Shown one piece after another: positions 50,485 to 62,567 of a stretch of 64,000 bases of DNA. The stretch is from Eledone cirrhosa (lineage: Eukaryota), in assembly GCA_964016885.1 (NCBI GenBank), contig OZ024743.1:290780001-290844000 (forward strand). The letters run 5' to 3'. The position numbers and the translations under genes were made by a program. The notes beneath the pieces are model-generated. The model saw only the letters and a list, made by a program, of their open reading frames with translations, was not told the DNA's origin and did not search any database. Numbering within the stretch: position 1 is the stretch's first letter; each line of letters starts with the position of its first letter.

Positions 50485-50803
50485 ATATTGTTATATTTGG
50501 GGAGGGTCATATTTGCGTAATATTGCCAGAATTAATAACAGAACACACTCACTGTTTGGTTGGTTTTCGCTTCTCGCTGTCTTTTATATATATATATCTG
50601 CGATCTAACTTACTCGGTCCTCAATGTTGCCATTGACTGACCGCCGGTCAGTCAATGGCAACATTGAGGACCGAGTAAGTTAGATCGCAGATATATATAT
50701 ATAAAAGACAGCGAGAAGCGAAAACCAACCAAACAGTGAGTGTGTTCTGTTATTAATTCTGGCAATATTACGCAAATATGACCCTCCCCAAATATAACAA
50801 TAT
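50485..50803. repeat. Apparently perfect palindrome, 159-bp arms, 1-nt spacer at 50644
   Basis: ...CATTGACTGACCG-C-CGGTCAGTCAATG...; arms match including an internal (AT)6. Confidence 0.92.
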
Positions 50804-50841
50804 CTGTTTCGACACACGATTTCATATAAAAAACCTCGCAA

Positions 50842-50909
<68 letters not shown>

Positions 50910-50911
<2 letters not shown>

Positions 50912-52030
50912 CCCTTCGGTGGGCCCATATAACCCTCATGATAGTGAGCGCTCCGCACACCCGAGTGACACCAACCGAGCTCGATCTGAGCTGTGCACAA
51001 TCACGCGATTGCCCACGGCGGACACCCAACAATCCCGCAAGAATATGACCAGGAAGGTCACATGGTATAACCCTCCGTACTTGGTGGGTCTACGTACCAG
51101 CCTGGCTAGAACATTCTTTAGAGTACTGGATAAATTTTTCCCTAGTGCCCAAAAGTACCATAAAATATTCAACAGGCACACGGTGAAACTTTCCTACTCA
51201 ACCACACGATCTGCAGCCCAGCAGATAGCTGGCATAAATAGGAATAGGCTCACTGCCTCTAATACCACCGTAAACCTCGTAGCCACCCAACAAATCAGCA
51301 CGGGGGACGCAATGGAACCCGGACAGGCCTAACTAGCACACCGGAATCAACGATCCTGTGCTGATTGCGGAGGCTACCCAGCCAACCCCGAGTGATGGTA
51401 ACCACGCGGTACATGTGGTGGGGCTTAAGATGTCATGTAATTGCAGAGACCCATCACTATGCCACCTTAGTAATGAATGCATAACGAAAAACGTGGTCTA
51501 CAGGTGCAAGGTCACAACCCCTAACTCGGAGCACCACTACATAGGATCCACAGCGACGAGCTTCAAAGATCGGTGGTATAACCATCGCCATTCCTTTAAC
51601 AGAATAGATAAGAGGAAATGTACGGGCCTTTCTGAATTGATCTGGAAGCTCAAACTTGAAAAGACCCCGCACTCTCTGGTCTGCTCTGTAGTTAGAAAGG
51701 TTCCCCAAGACAGAGACTGGTATTTGCAACCTCTGTCTTAGTGAGACACTCGAGATTCTTCATGGCGCAACCAAGCTATTAAAAAGAAGGGCCGACTTAT
51801 TCGGTGCCTGCAGACACCTAAGGACGGGAACTTTCCTCAAACTATATGGATAAACTCCGGATACGACCTACCACAACGCCCCCCCCCCCCCCCCCCGGGC
51901 CCTACAACCCGTACCGATGACCAATGGACAACAAGAACCACCCATAGATTGCGGTCCCTATGTTGGATGGTCCACCGGATCTTCTACTGGTTAGGAGTAA
52001 TCTAAACCACGTTTTATTGAACCTGATTTT
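50910..52030 (+). mobile_element. Penelope-like element fragment (linker + GIY-YIG endonuclease), 5'-truncated
   Basis: RKVTWYNPPY, KIFNRHTVKLSYS, SCNCRDPSLC..NEC, VVY..HYIGSTATSFKDRWYNH, CNLCLSE, ACRH. Confidence 0.87.
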
Positions 52031-52208
52031 ATATATATATATATATGTATATATATATCAGGTGTATATATATATATATATTTTAAATGTGTATATATGT
52101 GTATGTTATATATATGTATGTATATATATGTATATATATGTATGTATATATATGTATATATTTTATATATTTATGTATATGTATGTGTATTTTATATATA
52201 TGTATTTA

Positions 52209-52457
52209 TGTTTTATGTGTATTTTATATATGTATGTATGTTTTATGTGTGAATATTATGTATATATATATTTTTTATATTTTTATATGTATATATTTTA
52301 TAGATATGTATGTTCTGTGTATATATATTATATATATATATATACACAGAACATACATATCTATAAAATATATACATATAAAAATATAAAAAATATATAT
52401 ATACATAAAATAAACACATAAAACATACATACATATATAAAATACACACATAAAACA
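52209..52457. repeat. AT-rich palindrome centred ~52331
   Basis: TAGATATGTATGTTCTGTGTAT...ATACACAGAACATACATATCTA with extended arms. Confidence 0.75.
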
Positions 52458-52772
52458 ATCCAATTTAATAATGACCTGTAGTATCTATTTCATACTATTA
52501 ACCTTAATTGAATATATATCTGACCAGGAATGCTTTTTGTGAGAATCAGTCATATGGAACTAATGTCATCTTGCCTGACGGTTTGAACTTTACAACACCA
52601 CTTGCCTCTTTGTGGTCAAACACCACCCCTACTACCATCTACAAACGGACCAATGAGAATCAAGACTATTCCTGCTGACAACATTAAATTATTCCTAACA
52701 AGCTCATATGTTCCAAGGCTCTGATACCATCAACACTATAAACACAGAGCTGGCATATCTAAGAACTGACTA

Positions 52773-52828
52773 ACTGCCTGATGAGGTCATAGCCATTCAA
52801 TGGCTATCATCGAAATATATATAGCAGT
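52773..52828 (+). ncRNA. Minimal type I hammerhead ribozyme
   Basis: ACTGC-CTGATGA-G..ATAGCCA TTCAA TGGCTAT..C-GAAA-TATAT-ATA-GCAGT, then AATAAA. Confidence 0.85.
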
Positions 52829-52869
52829 AAATAAAGGATTATGAGCTCATGCAATTGACTTATGTTTCG

Positions 52870-52909
<40 letters not shown>

Positions 52910-52913
<4 letters not shown>

Positions 52914-53705
52914 TCTGTCGTTACTTTGGTATATTATTGCGCGTTAGATTTTGCCTACCACAATGTTCGATTTATCAAGCTATTTAACCGTATGTTATTA
53001 CTCTAAGGACCTAACTTATCGAGTGATTTGCTAAGTAGGCCGAATTTGCTTGCAAACCGCCAGAGATTCGATTTTACTAAATTTACAATTGTATTATTCT
53101 CCTAGATTTAAAAATTAACTAATTAATTTAATTAGACAATTCTGTTCATTTGTTAATTATTTGTGTTTGTTTTATAACATCTAGTCGAGAGCTTATCATG
53201 ATGATTAGCGGAAATTAAAATATATCTCTGTCTAACATTTTGAATGACTCGCCAAAAACCGGGGGTTATTTCCCTTGCTGGAATTAACACATGACAGATA
53301 TAGATACGATACGCTGCACCTAGCAGCAACATTTAGCCTATCACCCATGTTCTGGGTAGAACGAAAAGCCTGTTGAAAAACTGAATCCTCCGTCGATCAT
53401 GAATACCACGAGCTTGCCAGTCACGTAAGTCTGATATTTGATATCGGATTCAAAGAAACACTTTAAACGTATAATCGTTTTATTTGTCCAGGTGTATTTT
53501 TCTCAACCTGTTAGTTCTATCGTTACTTTGGTATATTATTGTGCGTTAGATTTAGCCTACCACAATGTTCCATTTGTTAAGCTATTTAAATGTTTGTTAT
53601 TACTCTAAGGACCTAACTTATGGAGTGCTTTGCCAACTCATCATTTCATAAAAGTAGGCCGAATTTTCTTGCAAACCGCCAGAGATTGGATTTTCTAAAT
53701 TTCCA
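52910..53705 (+). repeat. Direct repeat of ~190 bp (52910-53095 and 53512-53705)
   Basis: TAGTTCT.TCGTTACTTTGGTATATTATTG...GCAAACCGCCAGAGATT in both copies. Confidence 0.8.
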
Positions 53706-53949
53706 ATTATATATATATAAACATACAGAGACATTAGCCCTAAATTTTTATATTTACATACACTTTTTCGACATGCGTATGCATGTGAACATACATTTTT
53801 ATGCATATCTGTGAACGAAGTTACTTACATATATACACACACCTAACTGTATTTTCTTGATGAATTTTTATGTATTTCATTGGTCTACTTAAAATCTGTT
53901 CCCAAACAGACCTGTAATTTTGAATTGTTGTTATTATCAATAAATATAC

Positions 53950-54071
53950 TTCATTATTTCTGAAGACAGCATATATATGTGATAGTTTGTATAATTGTGT
54001 ACATAGATCTTTTGAATATGCATGCCAATTCTAACACATATATGTCCTAGAAACGATCGTTAAATAATGAA
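53950..54071 (+). ncRNA. Type I hammerhead ribozyme with expanded stem II
   Basis: 10-bp stem I TTCATTATTT/AAATAATGAA; CTGAAGA 53960; stem II CATATATATGTG/CACATATATG; GAAA-CGATCG-TT. Confidence 0.8.
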
Positions 54072-54130
54072 CTTTTTTTGTTTAATATAAGGAACTGTTT
54101 CTTTGATTTATTCATTATTTTTTTTTATAT

Positions 54131-54168
<38 letters not shown>

Positions 54169-54321
54169 AATAAGGGAGCTGCGGCGTTGCAAATGTGTTA
54201 CATATGAAAAAGTTTGTCCTTCATATATATATATATACTATTGAAGTTTCCGGTGAAAATTGAAAAAGTCATAGGAGTGAAGAGCAAAATTTAATGTATA
54301 ATAAACAATACAATATAATTA

Positions 54322-54389
54322 CCTCATTACCAGAGGTTTCCCGAATAAGACGAATACGCAAAACGTCCTCATTCGTTCGTCGGACAAGG
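54322..54389 (-). ncRNA. Hammerhead motif with core substitution (CCGACGA)
   Basis: On minus strand: CCTTGT-CCGACGA-ACGAATGAGGACG..CGTCTTATTCGG-GAAA-CCTCTGG-TA-ATGAGG. Confidence 0.6.
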
Positions 54390-55595
54390 CAATTTAAAAC
54401 AGAGTGAACTATTTGAAAGGTCTCCTCAAGAAATGCAAGAGTTTAACGAGCAAAAAATATATAAATAAAAGTAATGCAAGAGATATATAAAAAATAAGGA
54501 AATATAGTTAGGGTATGTGTATATGTATGTATATACACTCACAAATATACATATGTGTGTATGTACAAATGCATGTGTATGGTGAAAATGTGTGCGTAAG
54601 TACATATATGAGGGCAAGTATATTTGTGTATATGTGACCGCAAATACGTATATAATATGAGTTGAAAAAGAAATTGAAAGATAATATAGTTAACACGCAT
54701 CCAGATACAGGTATCAAATAAACATACGAGTATGAAAGCACGCGCATAAACACACACACGGGCGGTCACTTATATGCGGAAGATAAAGAGTATAGGGAGT
54801 GTAATAGTAAAAAGAAGTGTCATTCTCGAAATATGTATAAAAATGAAACAATATATGACTGATAAAATGTTTTTAATCAAAAAGAAAGTAATCAATTAAC
54901 ACTAGAGAAAAGAAAGCAAACATAGGTATGCACGTACACACACATATATATATATATATATAAATATGTATACACACAAATACGTACAGACAAAGGCGCA
55001 TGCTTGCGTACTTACATACACACGAGGCACGTATATATATATATATCGCCACATGTATATCTAATCACACGTACGTACGCGACTATATATGTATATATAC
55101 ATATATACATACACACCCATACATACATATACAGAACGTATACAGACATAAGCACACTCGCACACATAGATACAGATTATAAACCAGCCGTATGAATAAA
55201 TGAGTCCAAATATGAAATCGGCTGCGAAACAACTGAATATATCTGATTTGGAAAACGCAAGTGACAAGTGTTATCAGGTAGTGAAAGAAAATGGGGAAGT
55301 AAAATGTGGAATGTGAAGATATTAGGTAAGTGAATCGAAATGTAGGGGGGGGGGGGCGCTGTTACTGGTGGATGTGAAGTAAAAATAAAAATAAAAATAA
55401 AATTAAAAATAAAGTTGAAAATGAAAGTAAATCAGAAAGAGAAGTCTGTAAAGAGGATAATTTAAGGAAAGTGGCGAATAATAGTTTATGGAGGATAAGT
55501 AAATGAATTAAGTTTATATGAGCTGGAAAGCAAGTTTGATTTCATGTGTGGGCAACTGGTGAAAAATTCTGTTTTTATATTTAAGCAGGTTTTTG

Positions 55596-55659
<64 letters not shown>

Positions 55660-56174
55660 TATTTATACTCCAGTCCTACAAACTGTAGAGAGCTGCTTAT
55701 CCGATATATGGATTGCTTTATTGTACTACAATAAAACTCACCTATATATATATATATCCTTAACGCACGTTAGTCCGTTTAGTAATATTGTTGTGGTCGT
55801 GTTTTCGTTGACAATCGTCTGTTTACGACAGTACAGCGCGGCTCTATTTTATTTAACTGAGATAAAACTTATATGAGCATGAACAGTAGATCATTACGCA
55901 TCTTTTGGCTTAAAAATCTAGAAATTTGGTCCAGCGGGAAAAAGTTTATAATCAAAGTTTGCTGATAAATCTTGTGTTCAAGTGAGTGAGTAGTAAGCGT
56001 GACGCTAGAGGAGGTAATCCAGAAATGACGTAGCTTTGTCATTAAGCCAGTTGCCTCAACTAGATTGCAATTATACTCAAAAGAACTTTAAAATGTCAAT
56101 CACTTGTCAGTAATTCACTATGATCATTTAATTATTAGATAGTTGTTGCTTGCATTGCCTTAAAAAAGAGTAGA

Positions 56175-57179
56175 CCAGATAGAAAAATGCGTACAGCAAA
56201 AAAAAGTAATATAGTTGGAATATAAACCTTTAAAAATACAGAACAAGAAACTAAAATAAAACTTTAAAAGAATAGGACAAGAAACTAAGATAAAACTTTA
56301 AAGAATTGGACAAGAAATAAAAAAAATTTACAATAATATTAGTGGCAACATTTTTTTATTCGTTTCCTGTGCTATGCCCCAGTATCTACTTGATTAGTGC
56401 ATAATAATTGTCATGCTCTCATTGTGCGTTGCCCCTGAGCAGTTGGTTCTGGTTGGGGTTGGTTGGCTGAGCAGTTCTTCTCCGTCAGAATGACCATTGC
56501 AAGAAGAATTGGCCGATGCAGCTGCAGGTCTCCTCCAAGAATGCACTTCTGGTCCCGCAACACCAGACGAAGATGGAGAAGACGACCAGGACAAGATGTC
56601 GACTCTGACCACCGACTACGGCACCTCCCTCAACCACCGGTCCTCTCTCCCTCTGTCCCGTCATCCCTCCAGTCCTCCTGCTCCCTATTCCTGTACCAGA
56701 AAGCTGTGGCACGCATTCATCTGGACTGCCGGACTTGAACTCAAGGACAAGATGCGAGGAGAAGATGGACGGGTTGGTCAAGATCAAGGATGAGCAGGAC
56801 GACAAGACCGTCCGCTGCTGCTCAAGATCTGTGCTCATGGGCCCATGAGTCCATTCACATTATGCATGACACATGAGGCGTGTCGCCGAATGATGAAATA
56901 AGGGTATGGTTATGGCCCAATTGGTGTTCAAACCAGGATCAAATGATCCCCCCCGGTCTGACGACGACCTCTGAATATGGAACTCGATTTTTTACCATTA
57001 AAAATTTTACCACTAATATCATTGTAAAATTTGTTATTTCTTGTCCAATTCTTTAAAGTTTTATCTTAGTTTCTTGTCCTATTCTTTTAAAGTTTTATTT
57101 TAGTTTCCTGTCCTGTATTTTAAAGGTTTATATTCCAACAATATTAATTTTTTTTGCTGTACGCATTTTTCTATCTGGT
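56175..57179. mobile_element. Element with ~175-bp terminal inverted repeats containing ~30-bp subrepeats
   Basis: ACCAGATAGAAAAATGCGTACAGC... / ...GCTGTACGCATTTTTCTATCTGGT. Confidence 0.8.
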
Positions 57180-57192
57180 ATATATATATATA

Positions 57193-57363
57193 TAACGAAG
57201 GAAATGTGGTAAGGAACCAGGTGGACCATAACGCACCAAAGTACTCAATACTTAGGGTAGTAGAGTGGGTAATAGGAACGAGTAGGACCCCGACGGCTGA
57301 GCTCAAGCCGTTTCGACGGCTAATTCTGGACAGAATTAGCCGTCGAAACGGCTTGAGCTCAGC
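57193..57363 (-). mobile_element. Short Penelope terminal fragment with perfect 33-bp hairpin (57296-57363)
   Basis: GCTGAGCTCAAGCCGTTTCGACGGCTAATTCTG-GA-CAGAATTAGCCGTCGAAACGGCTTGAGCTCAGC. Confidence 0.8.
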
Positions 57364-57967
57364 GGAGCTGATTTATTGTAAACGACTGAGAGTTTATTCT
57401 CAAAATATAATATAGTATATTGTTCCTTAACTGTAGAGCTGATATTTAATGCCGCATAAACGACTGTTATTTCTAGCACCGGGAATGCGGGACGGCTAGT
57501 TTGGCCTGGCTACACACGTGTAGTCAGACCTGCAAAATTTTTGATGGTGGAATGTACTAATTTTACTGGGTTCCTGTTGATAAGGACAAGATTTGAAATA
57601 TTCACTTTTTATTTCAATTCCATTTCGATTCTATTTATTTTTCAATTCATGTACCATCGTTGCGAAACATATTTAGGTTTTGAGGTTCAAATTCATCTAC
57701 GGAGCGGGTTTGGATTTTGAAATTTCGATTTGTCCAGGAATCATGGCCTTTGACAATATAAGCTTGTCTTTATTGACTTATACCGAGACAGACAAATTGT
57801 ATTCACTTTAATTAGTTTATTTCATTAATAGCTAACTTTGTCTGTTGCAATGCAAACACATTTTGTGTTTATCATATATATTAATGTATTTAACTGCTCG
57901 GAAATGCCCCTTTCTTGGAGATGATTTATTGTAAACGACTGAGAGTTTATTCTCAAAATATAATATA

Positions 57968-58036
<69 letters not shown>

Positions 58037-58391
58037 TGACGCGTTTAGCTTGACTTGTTTTTTGGCTTACGTCGTTAATGCCTTGTTGACCACTTTTCAG
58101 TTTGTATGGCGTTTTAACATATTGTTTAGCTCTAGTTTTTCTTATGTATTGGAGCGCTTGCCAGCATTTCTACGATTTTGAGTTTCGTTTCGCTTTTTCT
58201 ACCACCCGAAATACGATTCTCGCTGAATATATATATATATCTCATATAAAATAATACAACTGGCTTTCCACAAAATACATATAGTTAGCACCCCAAACAT
58301 AAAATTGGGATTATACTAAGGTATATCCGAATGTTTGTTGAGTGAGATGGTAGCCAGTCAGAGTATAGCTTGAAGCTTTCTCTGTTAATGT

Positions 58392-58461
<70 letters not shown>

Positions 58462-59338
58462 CAATTTTAGCCATGTTATATTGAGATGTGAGTAAATGTA
58501 AAATGTAAAATATAAGAGAAGAAATCGGGCAAATGAACTAGATACATCTCACTGCCCCTCGCCACCACAATACCGTCTACACTCTCTCCCTACCACCACA
58601 TTTACATTTACACATGTCATTACACTTGTAGACTGAAGTCACCGATCTGTTGTCAAACTCTCTACTCTGTGTTGAATGTGTGTGTGTATATATATGTATG
58701 TATATGTGTGTATATACATCACTCAGTCAAACGACCTTCTGCAACATCAACAACAACAACACCGGCACTAATGTTTACAGCAACAACAGCTTCAGAATGA
58801 AATGAAATGAAAATTTACAACAACAGCGGCATCAAACGATAAAACAAACAACAACACAAAAACAATAAAAAAACAACACACACAGCCCGACAACAACAAT
58901 TGCCACCACCACCACCATCCACCACCACCACCGCCGCCATCCCTATCACCCACAGCAGCGACCGGGCCTTAAGAAAGCAACTTTAATAATAATAATTTTT
59001 CTGCTTTTGGCACGGAGCCAGCGATTGCTCTCATTGTTGACTCCGTGGGGATGAAAGGCAGGGTTGACCTCGGTGGGATTTCGGTTCGGAGCGTGGAGGG
59101 CCATAGCTCTATACTGTAAAGCAATTATTATAATACTGAACGGTAACACGAACGGCTTCAACTATAGGAACTCTTTCGAAAGTCAACAGCTGACATAATC
59201 TTGTAATCTTGTATCAGTAATGACGGTAATATATATTTATATATATATATAGGTACGTTATTCCGAGTTGAATCAGAGGTAACCACAGTAAGTAAGGTAC
59301 TCAATACATAGCAGAGTATAAACGTTTTAATATAGATG

Positions 59339-59389
59339 AGATTCTACAGGACTAGAACTGTTTCATTCTTTAGAAATCATCAGGAATCT
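59339..59389 (-). ncRNA. Type I hammerhead ribozyme
   Basis: Exact reverse complement of 59408-59458. Confidence 0.85.
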
Positions 59390-59407
59390 GGTTTTTTTTT
59401 GATATCC

Positions 59408-59458
59408 AGATTCCTGATGATTTCTAAAGAATGAAACAGTTCTAGTCCTGTAGAATCT
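59408..59458 (+). ncRNA. Type I hammerhead ribozyme
   Basis: AGATTC-CTGATGA-TTTCTAAAGAAT-GAAA-CAG TTCTAGTC CTG-TA-GAATCT. Confidence 0.85.
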
Positions 59459-59855
59459 CATCTATATATATATATATATGTGTGTGTAAGTGAGTAGCGT
59501 GTGTTTGTTTGTATGCATGAGTTTTGGTGTGTGCGTGCGTATATATGTGTGTGTGCGCGCGTGTGTGTATGTCGTACGTATGAGAGTCAATAAGTGAGTT
59601 TTTTTTATGCGCGGGGACATAGAAACAGTTTGGCTGGATACCCGATCACGCAGTTAGACCACTGGGAGTGAAGAACCCGTAGCCCTTGTCAGGCCATTTT
59701 TCTAGGAGAAGGCATCTCAGGAAACTGGGTTAACTCCGACATAAAACCTGCGGCTCAGTAGTTAATGATGATGTTGATATTTTCTTCTTTTCAGATTATA
59801 GCTACTGTCGCTAAAGAGATTGTGATTGAGTTAGTGCACAGTCTTTCCTCACTTT

Positions 59856-62561
59856 ACCACAATTCGGTCTTTGTCTGACCAAAACGGGTGCGTGTTGCAC
59901 GAACCCGAGCAGATGTGTGAAGCTTTCAGCAGCACTTTACTGAACTGTTCGGGAGCAGCGGCGGGCCGGTTCGGGGCATGGACTTCGGTGCATTCCTCGA
60001 CGGACTGCCTGGGCTCTCGGCGACCGGAGCACACTGTTGCGAATAGCCAATAAAAGCCGGTGAAATACGGGAAGCGATGGCTAACTGCACGAGGGGTAAA
60101 TCGCCAGGTTTCGATGGTCTGCCCTACGAGCTTTATGCATTTATGCCAAACTTGTTCGGTGACCTCTTGGCAGACGTCTACTGTAACTGGCAGCAGAACG
60201 GGAGCATTCCCAGTTTTGTGAGACGGGGAGTGGTGGCGGTGCTGAGAAAAGACCCGAACAAGGGAGATGTTATCGATAATTTCAGGCCCATAACCCTGCT
60301 AAACGCAGAGTTCAAGGTTTGGGCCAAGGTGTTAGCAACGAGGTTGCCGCTTGTCGTCAAGGGTCTGGTAGGAGAGGCGCAGACATGCGCCATTCCGAAC
60401 AGATCCATACACGACAACCTCCACCTCATGCGATACATCTTAGAGAGGATGGTTAAGGAACCTGGCACGGGTGAGGCCCTGATCAACTTGGATCAATCCA
60501 AAGCATTCGATATGGTCGACCATCGGTACCTAGCGGCGGTCCTCGAGGCAGCCAGTTTCGGGCTCGTTTTCAGGGGTTGGATCGCGGCGATGTACAGCGA
60601 CATCTGCTCAGTTGTGAGGGTGAACGGTCACCTGTCGCAGCCGTAGAGCATGATGCGCTCGGTCCGCCAGGGTTGTCCCGTATCGTCCCTCTTGTACATA
60701 TTGGCTCTCGGGCCGTTACTGTACAAACTGGGGTCGATGAGGGGCGTCCCACGCGAACTAGAATGCGGGGAATCTGAGTCGGCCTGCGCCGACGACGTCA
60801 CCGTGGTGGTTTCGAGCACCAGACACGTCCAGATGCTCGGCCCCGCTCTCAAGGAATACGAAGCGATGACAGGAGCAAAGATAAACCATGAAAAGTCGGT
60901 CGTCTTGCAGCTCGGCACCTGGAGAGGCAAGTCCATGCCGTCCGACAGCGTCGTGCGGCGCTGGGAGGACGGACCGGTTAAAATGCTCGGGGTCTAGTTC
61001 GGACCGGACCTCCAGTTCGAGAAAAAGTAGAACGAACTAACGAGCAAGGTGGCCTCACTCACCCAGATGGGCCGAGAGGCTGCTGTCACTGAAAGGCCGG
61101 GCGGAGGTGGCGAATGCGTACATCGCATCCGTCATCTGCTACCGCCTCACCGTCTTCCCTTGCCCCTGCCCAACTCTCATCAAAATAGAGCGCCTCCTCT
61201 TCCGCTTTTTGGGGAAGGGACGCGCTCCCATGGTCAGATGATCCATCTGCTGTCAACACCAGTTTAGTGGAGGACTGGCATGCCATGGCTGATGATACGC
61301 AAACATGCTCTGATACTGCGACATTTATGGTGCTTCCTTGACGGTGAACAGGTGTGGTCGCTGTTTGACAGACGCACTTTTCCCCAGCTCGTCTCCTTAA
61401 CGGAGCTGCAGTCCTGGGTCAGAAAAAGACCGAGGGATAGCGCTTGGAAACTGGAATGTCTCCCACGTCCACTGCCCTCTGCCAGCTGGGAACCAGTATC
61501 GATGGAACATCCACCTCGGCGTTCTATAGAGGACTAGTGGAGGGGAAGAGCGACGACGTTCTCAGAGAGATGCTGGTCGTCGAAGAAGATCAGCTATTTG
61601 CTCTCTTCCGGATAACTTTCAGCTCAGGGCCTATGGATAACTTCCAAAATCCCTGGCCTGGCAGTGCTACCGGGGAGCGCTGTCGGTTCGAGATAAGCTC
61701 TACAGGCACGGAAGTGCCGTCAGCCGAGCCTCTCCGAGATGTGCGCAGAGCGACCAAACAGTCGTGCACGCACTCGTTCAGTGTCCGAGCATTGCTGACT
61801 TGTGGAACTATATCGAACAGTTGCTATCGCGTGTAGGACTGATCCGGTTATCGACTGAGTCCATTGTGCAGATGGTCTCGCCGTCTTCTTTCGAGGAGGC
61901 AGGGCAAGCAGTTTTCATCTGCCTGGTGGCCATGGCGAAAGAGGTTGTGTGGTGGAAAGGTTGAACGGGTTAAAGACAGACACTTTCCTCTTCGGCGAAT
62001 CCCTAATTATCTTTTTCAAGTTTCAGTTGAAGAGGAAAATCAGGGTGGAGAGGCAAGTGCTGCCTTTTAGCAAGTTTGTTGAAAGGTGGGTGAATGTAGC
62101 GAGAATGGTCCGAGTTAACGGGACCGCTCTGAATATACGTCTGTAGTTTGAGAAATGGAAAAATTGAGAGCGGGTGCTTGCCCTGGTAGTCAGGGTGGCC
62201 GTGGTCTTTTGTGTGGTTTTCGCCGCGAGTAACCCCCGGAGGTTTCCACCCTATTGGGGAATTTTTCATTGTTTCAATTTTCATTTTTATTGTTTAATGT
62301 CTTTTTTTCTTTTCTTATATGAATAATTGTTTCTACTTTTGGCACAAGGCCAGCATTTAACCAGTACATTACTGGTACTTTATTTTATAGACCCCGTAAG
62401 GATGAAAGACAAAGTTAACCTCGACGGGATTGGAACTTATTTTCTTATATAAATAATAATAATCTTTACACGCACAAAACCCACATCGTACTGTCCTATA
62501 CCGTCCTGTGCCGTCTGTAATGTTTTTCTTGATGTCAACACTTGTGGCCAATAAAGAAATC
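59856..62561 (+). mobile_element. Tx1 copy E, 5'-truncated, third variant, decayed
   Basis: RT motifs KSPGFDGL, NFRPITLLN, LDQSKAFD, SVRQGCP, CADD; ends AATAAAGAAATC-ATTATT. Confidence 0.92.
62328..62438 (-). mobile_element. 5'-truncated SINE inserted in the 3' UTR of copy E
   Basis: SINE core in reverse; TSD-like TTTTCTTATAT(G/A)AATAAT at ~62310-62327 and ~62440-62457. Confidence 0.85.
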
Positions 62562-62567
62562 ATTATT

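Larger units (their letters stand above)
59253..59467. mobile_element. Mini fold-back with perfect 62-bp arms (59330-59391 / 59406-59467)
   Basis: direct reading; same terminus as 49692. Confidence 0.85.

Noticed and set aside
43431-51850. Selenoprotein-type (in-frame UGA at Cys) PLE coding
   Set aside because: The Cys positions readable in both remnants are TGT/TGC codons.
59780-59855. Host exon after TTTTCTTCTTTTCAG acceptor-like site
   Set aside because: No donor, no recognisable protein and no other supporting exons.
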